Shown: positions 8,724 through 17,112 of the stretch, one piece after another | Position numbering within the stretch: the first letter of the stretch is position 1 | Layout of the letters: every line of letters begins with the position of its first letter | Assembly: GCA_963793945.1 (NCBI GenBank) | Contig: CAWCCE010000001.1 | Coordinates: forward strand, 525,716-589,715 | Length of the DNA: 64,000 nt | Direction of reading: 5' to 3' | DNA from: an uncultured Acidobacteriota bacterium | GTDB lineage: Bacteria > Acidobacteriota > Terriglobia > Terriglobales > Acidobacteriaceae | Translations under genes and position numbers: made by a program | The notes under the pieces: generated by a model | Databases searched by the model: none | The model's input: the letters and a program-made list of their open reading frames with translations, nothing else | Told to the model about the DNA's origin: nothing

Positions 8724-9872
8724 ATGAAACTCGTACGTCCGTTGATCTTTGCCGTGGCTTTGGCCGGGGCATTCTTTTATTTCACGACCTGGCGTTCCAA
8801 CGGTCGGGAGGAAGTCCACTCCTCGAACTGGTTCAGCCGGCCCGATCACGTGGAAATCACCGAAGCCGCCCCCGGCGAGGCCCTCGACGGCGAAGAACAA
8901 AACAATATTTCCGTTTACAAGAAGAACATTCCGTCGGTGGTGAACATCACCTCGCGCGCGATGACTTTTGACTTCTTCTACGGACTGGTGCCCCAGGAAG
9001 GGCAGGGCTCGGGATTCGTCATCGATAAAGAGGGCCACATCCTGACCAATTATCACGTGATCGCCGACGCCCGGCAGGTCGAGGTCACGCTCCACAATCG
9101 CAAGAAATTCAAGGCAACGGTCATCGGCACCGACCCGCCGCACGATCTGGCGGTCATTCAGATTAAATCTCCGGATCTCGTTCCAGCGGTGATGGGCGAT
9201 TCGCGCAACTTGCAGGTTGGACAGAAAGTCTATGCGATCGGAAATCCCTTTGGCTTGGCCGGTACGATGACGCGCGGCATTGTCAGCTCGATCCGTCCGG
9301 TCCGCGAGCCGAACGGCGCCATGATCGACGAGGCGATTCAGACCGACGCAGCGATCAATCCCGGAAACTCTGGCGGCCCGCTGATGAATGGCCACGGCGA
9401 GGTCATCGGCATCAACACCATGATTCTCTCGAACTCAAACCAGAGTGCGGGCATCGGCTTTGCCATTCCTATCAACACCGCCAAAGCCGTTCTAAACGAT
9501 CTCATGACTCTCGGCCGCGTGCGCCGTCCCGCGCTTGGCGTGCGCACCATTCCGATCAGTCCTGAACTTGCGGATGAAATGAGTTTGCCTGTCGATTACG
9601 GATTGCTGATCGTGCAGGTCGTCCCCGGAGGATCGGCGGATCAGGCGGGGCTGCGCGCCGGTACCGAGCGCGCCTACTTGGGAAATATCCCGATCATGCT
9701 CGGCGGAGACCTGATCATCGCCATCGATGATCAAAAGGTCGAATCCGAAGAAGACCTTTCGCAGATGATGAATGACCACCGCGCCGGAGACAAAGTGAAG
9801 ATAACGATCTACCGCAACAAAAAGAAGATGGACGTTAGCGTGTCGCTAGGCGAATCGCGCCAGCAGGTGTGA
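8724..9872 (+). CDS. trypsin-like serine protease with C-terminal PDZ domain (S1C, HtrA/DegP family)
   Basis: Signal/TM segment. Catalytic motifs TNYHV, D (DLAVIQ), GNSGGPL. C-terminal PDZ (GLLIVQVVPGGSADQAGLR.GD.I..ID). Confidence 0.9.
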   Translation: MKLVRPLIFAVALAGAFFYFTTWRSNGREEVHSSNWFSRPDHVEITEAAPGEALDGEEQNNISVYKKNIPSVVNITSRAMTFDFFYGLVPQEGQGSGFVIDKEGHILTNYHVIADARQVEVTLHNRKKFKATVIGTDPPHDLAVIQIKSPDLVPAVMGDSRNLQVGQKVYAIGNPFGLAGTMTRGIVSSIRPVREPNGAMIDEAIQTDAAINPGNSGGPLMNGHGEVIGINTMILSNSNQSAGIGFAIPINTAKAVLNDLMTLGRVRRPALGVRTIPISPELADEMSLPVDYGLLIVQVVPGGSADQAGLRAGTERAYLGNIPIMLGGDLIIAIDDQKVESEEDLSQMMNDHRAGDKVKITIYRNKKKMDVSVSLGESRQQV

Positions 9873-9897
9873 GGATCCGAACTCCTTACTCGGCTGC

Positions 9898-11937
9898 TTA
9901 ATCCGCGGGCTTGATTCCGACCGCGGTGTACAGCTCGCCGCTGTCGAATAGCGTTCCGTCTTTCATCACCATGCGGCAGCGGCGGATGTCGCTGATCCGC
10001 TCCGCCGGATTTCCTTCGACCAGCAGGAAATCCGCCCGCTTGCCAGGAGCAATCGAGCCCAATTCCTTGTCCTGCTTCAAAAGCCTTGCGGCGTTGTAGG
10101 TTGCGATTTGGAGCGATTTCGCCGCAGGAATGCCGGCTTGCACTTCCAATTCCAGTTCGCGGTGCAACATGATTCCGGCCGTGCTGTCGGTGCCCGCAAG
10201 GATCGGGACTCCAGCGTCGTACATGCGCTTCGTCATTGCCAGCATCGCCCGATAGGAATCCTTGTAAAGCTGGTCGTTGGCCGAAGTGACGGGCAATCCG
10301 CCTGAATACGCTCCGCGCTGGACCTGTGCCGGAAGACGGCTCAAGACCGGCGCTACATCGGGCGAAACCTGTCCCGGCCGCTCGGTGAACATTCCCTCGA
10401 AGGCTCCCAGGGTGACATCCACCGTGGTGTGATGATCGAGCAGCAGCTGGATAAAGTCGTTGACTGGTTTCGACTGCAGGTCGAGCTTGGCAGCGTTATC
10501 TCCAACTGCGGTGAAGCGCTCTGGGGTGCGCGTATCTTTTACCTGAGCTGCGAAGAAATTCAGGAAGATAAAGTTGATGTGCTGAATTTCGTCGGCGCCA
10601 TCTGTCACGAATTGCGCAGCGGTAATCCCATTCGGAATATGCCCGCTTACCCGCAATCCCCGCGCGTGTGCCGCTTTGACCACCGCAGGAACGAATTCGG
10701 GTTTCAGCGAGCTGTAAAGCTTGATCTGAATGTAACCGAGATCGGCATAGCGGTTGACCGCAGCTACCGCCTCGGCCTCGGTATCCGCATAAAGGCCAGT
10801 CGGAGCCTGGTATTCGCCGTGCCCATCGATGAAGCCTGCTTTCCATACGCGCGGACCGATCGCTGTGCCTTTTGTCCATTGATCCTGTAGACGCTGAAGA
10901 TCGCTGATGTCGTTCCCCATATCTCGAATGGACGTCACTCCGCTTGCCATGTTCATGATGCCGTCGACGGCCTGCGCGTGGGAGTGCATGTCAAACAGCC
11001 CAGGAAGGAGCGTTTTTCCCCGGCCATCGATCCGTTCAGCGTCGGCGGGAACCTGCACGCTGCCAGCGGGACCAATTGCAGAAAATCGGTCGCCGGTTAC
11101 AAGAACTGTTTGATCCTCGCGCATTGTGGCCCGTTCCGAATCGAAAAGGCGCACATGTTCAATCGCGAGGGGATGGGAGGGATGTTTCGCCAATTCATGG
11201 GCCAACCGTGCGTAGCGCTCGTCTCGCGCTTTCAGGTCGAGCGCATAGAGCTGATCGTTCGTTTTCTCCCAGCCTTCGCGAAGCAATGAGAACCACGTTC
11301 CCGGCACTCCAAAGAAATGATTGTCGTCATCCAGCCATAACGTCTGGGGCTCGAACGAAAGCCCGGTGATGCCGAACTCCGTGACGTGCAACTTCTGCCC
11401 GTGATCTTCGAGGGTGAGATCGGCGAGCCGCTCCAAGCGCGCCTCTCCAGCGGGAAAGAGCCGGAGCGGCGTACCATTCGCTTTCTTAAGAGCTGCCACC
11501 AAGAATGCCTGCTCGGCCGCCGACCCGTTGTTGCTCACGTAGAACGCTCCCGCGCGGGCTTGCCCTTTCTCCGTGGTGCTTTTCCAACTGGCGATGCCAT
11601 GGTTGATCTCGAAATGCTCGTCGACCGGCGCCTTGAGATAGTCGTTGCCGGTTTCGTCGACACGAAGCGGAAGACCTCCAGAGTCGAGCCAGTACTTTGC
11701 CGATACCTTCGGACCCCGCCCGCGATCGTTAAACTCGAACGTGCTTTCCACGCGTCCGTCCGGGAAATAGGTATCAACCTCACTCCCGGCAACTTTTCCA
11801 TTGGAGGCAATGGTGTAGCGGATCACTTGTGTTCCCTGTGCTACGACAGGCGGCTGCAAGGAGCAGAAGGAAAGACACGCGACAGCCAGAGTACTGAGCG
11901 GAGAGAGAAATCGCGACATGGGCAGATAGTGTGCCAC
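9898..11937 (-). CDS. secreted amidohydrolase-family metallohydrolase
   Basis: Signal peptide. HSH metal motif (LFDMHSHA) and a C-terminal GTDS....H..E......G block typical of the amidohydrolase superfamily. Start is GTG 11937 or ATG 11919. Confidence 0.8.
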   Translation of the reverse strand: MAHYLPMSRFLSPLSTLAVACLSFCSLQPPVVAQGTQVIRYTIASNGKVAGSEVDTYFPDGRVESTFEFNDRGRGPKVSAKYWLDSGGLPLRVDETGNDYLKAPVDEHFEINHGIASWKSTTEKGQARAGAFYVSNNGSAAEQAFLVAALKKANGTPLRLFPAGEARLERLADLTLEDHGQKLHVTEFGITGLSFEPQTLWLDDDNHFFGVPGTWFSLLREGWEKTNDQLYALDLKARDERYARLAHELAKHPSHPLAIEHVRLFDSERATMREDQTVLVTGDRFSAIGPAGSVQVPADAERIDGRGKTLLPGLFDMHSHAQAVDGIMNMASGVTSIRDMGNDISDLQRLQDQWTKGTAIGPRVWKAGFIDGHGEYQAPTGLYADTEAEAVAAVNRYADLGYIQIKLYSSLKPEFVPAVVKAAHARGLRVSGHIPNGITAAQFVTDGADEIQHINFIFLNFFAAQVKDTRTPERFTAVGDNAAKLDLQSKPVNDFIQLLLDHHTTVDVTLGAFEGMFTERPGQVSPDVAPVLSRLPAQVQRGAYSGGLPVTSANDQLYKDSYRAMLAMTKRMYDAGVPILAGTDSTAGIMLHRELELEVQAGIPAAKSLQIATYNAARLLKQDKELGSIAPGKRADFLLVEGNPAERISDIRRCRMVMKDGTLFDSGELYTAVGIKPAD

Positions 11938-12089
11938 ATTCCAGAAGACTGAGTTAGACTTATCTCCTGCCTATGACTGCCGTCCTTTAATTCGGCTCCT
12001 GCATCCTGAGCGAGACCTGCGCGGATGTGTGCGCCGCCGCTCCTGTCTTGTCGTTTCATCAAGTTGCTTGATAGAGAAAGGAATCCCCC

Positions 12090-12905
12090 ATGCAATTTGT
12101 GGATAAGGCATTCGCTCGCCGTCTGGAGTCGTGCGAGGAGATGCCGCAGGTGTTCTACGCGCGTGAGTTCGAGAAGACGCGGCCCGAAATCGGGCCCGCC
12201 GAAGAAGAAATCTGTGGCGGCCACATGATCTTTGCCGGCCTCGGTTCGCCGATCGGCCGGGCCACCGGAGTCGGTCTTGATCGTCCGCTTAACTCAGACG
12301 ACGTCGATCGCATCGAGCAGTTCTACCGCGAGCGCAAAGCGCCATCGCAGGTCGATCTCTGTCCCTTACACGCGCCGGAGACATTCGAAATGTTCAAGGA
12401 TCGCGGTTATGCAATCGCGGAGTTGAACAATGTCCTCTACCGGAAACTCGATCCAGCGGAGAAGTTCCCGCCTCCTCCCGATCATTGCCAGATCCGACGC
12501 AGCCCTCCGGAAGAAGCCGATGCGACCGGAGCGATCGTCGAAGGCGCTTTCTTTCCCGACGGCGCGCCAGAGGCGTTCCGCGGCCTCATGGCGCCGCTCT
12601 ATCAGATGGAAGGTGCGCTCGCCTTCGTTGCAACCGTCGGCGGCAAACCGGTGGCCTGCGGCACCGGTCTCGTCATTCCGCAGCACAAAGTCTTCGCTTT
12701 GTGTGGCGCCGGCACGCTGATCGCGTACCGGGGAAAAGGTTTTCAGACAGCCCTATTCCGTGCCCGCATGGCGGCTGCTGCTGAAGCGGGATGCGAGTAT
12801 GCGGTTGTTGTGACCCAAGGCGGTTCGGCCTCACAGCGCAACGCTGAACGCCTCGGTTTCCAAGTGGCCTACAGCAAAGTCACAGTGATCAAACAGGCGG
12901 CCTAG
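12090..12905 (+). CDS. GNAT-family N-acetyltransferase
   Basis: C-terminal acetyl-CoA fold (YRGKGFQTALFRARMAAAAEAGC..AVV.T..GS.SQRNAERLGF). AAAGGAA RBS. Confidence 0.7.
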   Translation: MQFVDKAFARRLESCEEMPQVFYAREFEKTRPEIGPAEEEICGGHMIFAGLGSPIGRATGVGLDRPLNSDDVDRIEQFYRERKAPSQVDLCPLHAPETFEMFKDRGYAIAELNNVLYRKLDPAEKFPPPPDHCQIRRSPPEEADATGAIVEGAFFPDGAPEAFRGLMAPLYQMEGALAFVATVGGKPVACGTGLVIPQHKVFALCGAGTLIAYRGKGFQTALFRARMAAAAEAGCEYAVVVTQGGSASQRNAERLGFQVAYSKVTVIKQAA

Positions 12906-12959
12906 GACTGCGCACCGGCGTTGCTCTCGAGGCGCCCTAAATTGCATAGTAAGGAGGTA

Positions 12960-13583
12960 ATGTCCAACAAAAGTCTCACGCTGCAAGGCAAGCACATTCG
13001 TCTCGAACCGCTGGGGAGCAACCACGCCGAAGGGCTGGCCGCCGCATCAGCAACAGATCCCTCTCTGTACCGTTGGAGTCCCATTCCCCAAGGAGTGTCC
13101 GAGGCCAAGAAGTACATCGACACGGCCCTGGCCTGGCAGCAAGCTGGCACCGCCGTCCCGTTCGCAATCGTTCGCATGCACGACAGTGCCGTGATCGGTT
13201 CGACACGCTTCTGGAATATCGAACGGTGGGCGTGGCCCCAAGGACATCCCGCTCACGGGCGCGGTTTCCCGGACGCCTGCGAGATCGGTTATACGTGGTT
13301 CGCAAAGTCCGCAGTTCGTACGGGCGCGAATACCGAAGCCAAGCTCCTCATGCTAAGGCATGCCTTCGAAGTCTGGCAGGTCCTTCGCGTCTGCTTCCAC
13401 ACCGACGCGCGCAATCAGCGTTCCCGTGCTGCGCTTGAGCGCATCGGAGGCCAATTCGAAGGAATCCTCCGCGCTCACCGCATGGCCGCGGACTTCATTC
13501 CGCGCGACTCGGTCCGCTACTCGATTGTCGCCTCAGAGTGGCCGACCGTGAAGCAACGCTTGATTCAATTCGTGGACCGATAG
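12960..13583 (+). CDS. GNAT N-acetyltransferase, RimJ/RimL-like
   Basis: L.G..I.LEPL...HAEGL...(W)...; ...R...ALERIGG.FEGILR.H. Strong AAGGAGG lies 5 nt upstream of ATG 12960. Confidence 0.85.
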   Translation: MSNKSLTLQGKHIRLEPLGSNHAEGLAAASATDPSLYRWSPIPQGVSEAKKYIDTALAWQQAGTAVPFAIVRMHDSAVIGSTRFWNIERWAWPQGHPAHGRGFPDACEIGYTWFAKSAVRTGANTEAKLLMLRHAFEVWQVLRVCFHTDARNQRSRAALERIGGQFEGILRAHRMAADFIPRDSVRYSIVASEWPTVKQRLIQFVDR

Positions 13584-13597
13584 CAAATTCGTTTTGA

Positions 13598-14050
13598 TTA
13601 CGCGATCGTCTTCGGCTCGAGTCCGTACGCCTTGACCCACGCATCATAATTCTCTTGAGTCGCGGGCCACTGAAAACAAAGCCCGTAGCCATCCGGGTCG
13701 CGGAACCACAACTGCCTCATTCCGTACGGCGCGACTTTCGGTTCCTTCAGGTTGACTCCATGTGCGCGCAGATGCCGGTAGGCCGCGTCGAGATCCTCAC
13801 AGCCGAAAAACAAGCACGTATCCTCGTGCGCCGCGATACGCTTAGGGTCTGGGGCTGCCGGCCGCTGATCGGCTTCATACGCCGTATTCAGCATCACTTC
13901 GGCACCGTTCAGTCGCAGCCCCGCCCAATTGCAATCGTCGCCCGGCTGGGATTTGCTCCAGACCGTGAACCCCAGCACGTCGCGGTAAAAGCGAATCGAC
14001 GTCGGCATATCGAAAACCTGGATGAGAGGGGCAACTCCGTGAATATCCAT
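13598..14050 (-). CDS. VOC/glyoxalase/bleomycin-resistance family protein
   Basis: PLIQVFDMPTSIRFYRDVLGF..., F.DPDGY.LCF. AGGAGG lies 8 nt upstream of ATG 14050; the longest ORF starts at TTG 14116. Confidence 0.85.
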   Translation of the reverse strand: MDIHGVAPLIQVFDMPTSIRFYRDVLGFTVWSKSQPGDDCNWAGLRLNGAEVMLNTAYEADQRPAAPDPKRIAAHEDTCLFFGCEDLDAAYRHLRAHGVNLKEPKVAPYGMRQLWFRDPDGYGLCFQWPATQENYDAWVKAYGLEPKTIA

Positions 14051-14124
14051 GGCGGCGTCCTCCTGCGGCGGGAAGAATATATCAAACGACGGCTGATCCT
14101 TGGTGGTTGCGGTCAAAAGTCATA

Positions 14125-14198
14125 CCACGAAGGACACGAAGTTGCACGAAGGGTACTCTTCACCAGATTTTCCTTCGTGATACCTCGTGCCTTCGTGG
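14125..14198. repeat. word hairpin, CACGAAGG family, copy A
   Basis: Left arm CCACGAAGGACACGAAGTTGCACGAAGG, 19-nt loop, right arm CCTTCGTGATACCTCGTGCCTTCGTGG. Starts 14 nt after the stop of the minus-strand AKR gene. Near-identical copy at 51317-51389. Confidence 0.75.
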
Positions 14199-14211
14199 TT
14201 GATTTGTTTTG

Positions 14212-15180
14212 TTAGACGGCGGTCTCCGCAAAGTATTCTGCAATCTCCAGCACTTCATCGCCGCTGAGGTTCAAGTCGCCCGCGTGCATCACCCCTTCGG
14301 CCTGTTTGGCGTTGCGTGCTCCCACGATTGCTCCTGTGACCGCTGGATTCTTCAACGTCCATGCAATGGCCACTTCACCCGGCGACCGTCCGTGCCGTTG
14401 CGCGATCTGCTTCAGACGTTCCACCAGAGCAAGATTCCGGGAAAGATTCGGCTCGTTGAAATCCGCATGCCCCTTGCGCCAATCGTCTTTCGGTAACGTG
14501 GAAATCCGCTCGCGCGTCATTGCTCCGGTCAGCAACCCCGAGGCCATCGGCGAATAAACAATCACCCCGATCCCTTGCCGCTCGCAGTAGGGAAGAATTT
14601 CCCCCTCCACCTCGCGATGGACCAGCGAATACCGCGGCTGCAGCGAAGTCACCGGCGCAATCGCAGCCGCGCGTTGCAGTTGCTGCTCATCGAAGTTCGA
14701 AACTCCGATCCATCGCACTTTCCCTTCGCGCTTCAGATCGGCCATCGCCTGCCATCCTTCTTCCAACTCAGGAGAATCCGGATCGGGCGGCCAGTGAATC
14801 TGATAGAGATCAATGACATCGACGCCCAGTCGGCGCAAACTGTCTTCCACTTCGCCTCGAATGGATTCTGCCTTCAGAACCTTCTGCACCTGTCCGCGAT
14901 CATCCCAGCGCAGCCCGCACTTGGTGAAGATATAAGGTCGCGCCCCAGTCCAACTCTTGAGCGCCTTGGCGACCACTTCTTCCGAGTGACCGAGCCCGTA
15001 AACCGCGGCCGTATCGATCCAGTTGACGCCCAATTCAAGAGACCGGTGAATCGCCGCGATCGAGTCGTTGTCGTCCTGCGATCCCCAGGCGAATTGCCAG
15101 CCCGACCCGCCGATCGCCCACGCGCCATAGCCCACAGGAGTGATATTCAAATCCGAGTTGCCAAGAGTGCGAGTTTGCAT
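14212..15180 (-). CDS. aldo/keto reductase
   Basis: MQTRTLG.S.L.I.PVG.G.WA.GG; IDTA..YG.G.SE; full-length 322-aa AKR. AAGGAG RBS. Confidence 0.9.
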   Translation of the reverse strand: MQTRTLGNSDLNITPVGYGAWAIGGSGWQFAWGSQDDNDSIAAIHRSLELGVNWIDTAAVYGLGHSEEVVAKALKSWTGARPYIFTKCGLRWDDRGQVQKVLKAESIRGEVEDSLRRLGVDVIDLYQIHWPPDPDSPELEEGWQAMADLKREGKVRWIGVSNFDEQQLQRAAAIAPVTSLQPRYSLVHREVEGEILPYCERQGIGVIVYSPMASGLLTGAMTRERISTLPKDDWRKGHADFNEPNLSRNLALVERLKQIAQRHGRSPGEVAIAWTLKNPAVTGAIVGARNAKQAEGVMHAGDLNLSGDEVLEIAEYFAETAV

Positions 15181-15244
15181 TCCAATCTCCTTTCGAACTT
15201 TGATTCCGGGCCTACGCCTTCCGATTCAGAAGAGGAACTAACGA

Positions 15245-15667
15245 ATGAACGCCGAAGAGATTCGTAAATATTGTATGGCTTTTCCCCAAGCCACTGAGAA
15301 TCTTCAGTGGGGAGATGATCTGTGCTTCAAAATTCGCGGAAAGATTTTCACCATAGTCAACCTCGATAATCCGCGTCTCTGCTTCAAGTGCGCGCCGGAA
15401 ATCTTTGCCGAGTTGATCGAGCGCGAGGACATCCATCCCGCTCCCTATGTCGGCCGCTACAAGTGGGTCATGCTTGACCGTCTGGACGCCGTTGGACACG
15501 AGGAACTGCGGGAGTTAATTCGCCAATCCTACGAAATGGTAGCGGCGAAGGCGCCGAGAAAGATCAAGAGCGATGGCAGCAGGAGCAAGCGAACGCTGGA
15601 CCGCAAGAAACGCATTCCGGCGATAAAACCACCGTCGGCGCGTCATAAGGCGAAGGGAGGAAGCTAA
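15245..15667 (+). CDS. MmcQ/YjbR-family DNA-binding protein
   Basis: Pattern ...YC..FP.A.E..QWG.DL.FK+.GKIF....L......FKC.PE.F..L........PAPY.+RY.W+. Confidence 0.8.
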   Translation: MNAEEIRKYCMAFPQATENLQWGDDLCFKIRGKIFTIVNLDNPRLCFKCAPEIFAELIEREDIHPAPYVGRYKWVMLDRLDAVGHEELRELIRQSYEMVAAKAPRKIKSDGSRSKRTLDRKKRIPAIKPPSARHKAKGGS

Positions 15668-15801
15668 GGCTTACACCACCGGACCCCAGAGCATGCACAG
15701 AATATAGCAATGGTCAATCTTGGCGTATATCCCGACCACGCACGAGTTCTCGCTATGTTGCGCCGGTGGTGGCAACTTTCTCGGGTTTTAGCCCGTGATC
15801 C

Positions 15802-16212
15802 TTAGTGAATCCCCTTGCTGTTCAAATAAGGCCCATACTTCTGATCCGAGCCCTGAATATGTGTCACCAGCCAGTTCTTCAAGAAATTCATAACCTCTAG
15901 CGATAGCGTACCGCTCAAGCCCGCTTTGTACTTCTGCTGAACGTCCAGCACCTGCCGCGTCAGATCCTCATGTTGTTTCTTATGGGCCGCCGTTTCGCCA
16001 TATCCAGTTTGGGCAAAAAACTCTTCCTCGCGTCCGAAATGAATCTTCGTGTAATCGATGAGCCCATCGAGAATCTTTCCCAGTGAGTCCTTCCCACGTC
16101 CGGATTGGATGGCGTCATACAGCTGATTCACCATTCCCACCAGCTTCTTGTGATCGTCGTCCAATATTTTTACGCCCACCGCCAGCTTCTCATTCCAAGT
16201 CATCAACGGCAT
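15802..16212 (-). CDS. bacteriohemerythrin (stand-alone hemerythrin-like metal-binding protein), 136 aa
   Basis: MPLMTWNEKLAVGV..IDDDHKKLV.....L; HF..EE..F....Y....H...H; NWL..HI...D. Own RBS (GAAAGGA). Only the last 411 nt of the 385-aa track ORF are real. Confidence 0.9.
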   Translation of the reverse strand: MPLMTWNEKLAVGVKILDDDHKKLVGMVNQLYDAIQSGRGKDSLGKILDGLIDYTKIHFGREEEFFAQTGYGETAAHKKQHEDLTRQVLDVQQKYKAGLSGTLSLEVMNFLKNWLVTHIQGSDQKYGPYLNSKGIH

Positions 16213-16232
16213 AATCAGATGTCCTTTCTCGT

Positions 16233-16994
16233 TCAGTTTTTCCCTTCCGTATTTTCCAACTGCTGAATCCTTTCGCTCGTGCTCCGGGCCGCCGCGGCGA
16301 TCCGGTCCAGTGTGCCCGCAATTCCTTCGACCGTGTCCGCCGCCTCTTTGGCAAAGTTCGCCACCGTTCCCAGCGACGAATTGTGCTCCTCGACGGCTGA
16401 CGCGACTGCTTTCACTTGCGTCTGGACGCCGCCCAGGTTCTCGTCCAGCGCGCCAACGGCCGAGATCACGTCCTGATTCGCCTGCCGGATGGTCGACAAT
16501 TGCTTTTGCACACCCTCGGTAGCGTCTGCCGTCTGTTGCGACAGAGACTTGACCTCGCTGGCGACAACCGCGAACCCCCTCCCGTACTCTCCCGCGCGTG
16601 CCGCCTCGATCGTCGCATTCAGCGCCAGCATGTTCGTCGCGCGGGCGATCTGGTCGATCAGGTTGGCGGTCGACGCGATCTGGTCGACCGCGTGAGCCAG
16701 CGCCGTAACCCGTTCCATAGTCCGCCTGAACTCCGCACCCGCCCGTTCGATCTTTTGTTGCGACTCGTTTACGTGGGATTCCACTTCGCTGATCCCACGC
16801 ATCATCTCCCCCATCATGCCGTAGACCATCCGGACGCTCATCACCACCGATGAGGCCGAATTGGAAGCGGCCGCCGACTCCGTTTCCGTCCGCCGGCTCT
16901 CGGCCCCAATTTCTTGCACGATGCTCAGGGTCTGCGCTGCGCTCGCCATCGCTCCACATGCTCGTCCGGTATTCCCATGCGACTCCGTTGCCAA
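16233..16994 (-). CDS. soluble methyl-accepting chemotaxis protein signalling domain (no TM, HAMP or sensor domain)
   Basis: Highly conserved MCP hairpin tip IDQIA..TN+[23 protein letters not shown]+.L..Q. Only ~250 aa. Start uncertain: TTG 16994 or ATG 16949. Confidence 0.85.
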   Translation of the reverse strand: MATESHGNTGRACGAMASAAQTLSIVQEIGAESRRTETESAAASNSASSVVMSVRMVYGMMGEMMRGISEVESHVNESQQKIERAGAEFRRTMERVTALAHAVDQIASTANLIDQIARATNMLALNATIEAARAGEYGRGFAVVASEVKSLSQQTADATEGVQKQLSTIRQANQDVISAVGALDENLGGVQTQVKAVASAVEEHNSSLGTVANFAKEAADTVEGIAGTLDRIAAAARSTSERIQQLENTEGKN

Positions 16995-17112
16995 AGCAAA
17001 TTAAATCCTTCTAAACGAACCGCCGCCCCAATGAAAACTCCTATTTGACTCTTTCCCCTTGGCTCGATAGCCTCAAGGGTCCTGTGCATTTCCCAAGTGC
17101 CTTCAACCGGCT

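Noticed and set aside
16213-16232. Possibility that MCP and hemerythrin are one gene broken by a frameshift artefact
   Set aside because: The MCP frame ends in a clean TGA. The spacer contains a GAAAGGA RBS at the correct distance from the hemerythrin ATG, which looks like a real two-gene arrangement. Reads cannot be checked here, so this stays flagged in the finding.
15802-16959. 385-aa ORF from the track spanning the hemerythrin and most of the MCP region
   Set aside because: Only its last 136 codons are hemerythrin-like. The upstream 249 codons are Arg/Gly-rich off-frame sequence overlapping the genuine MCP frame (16233-16994). A proper RBS precedes ATG 16212.
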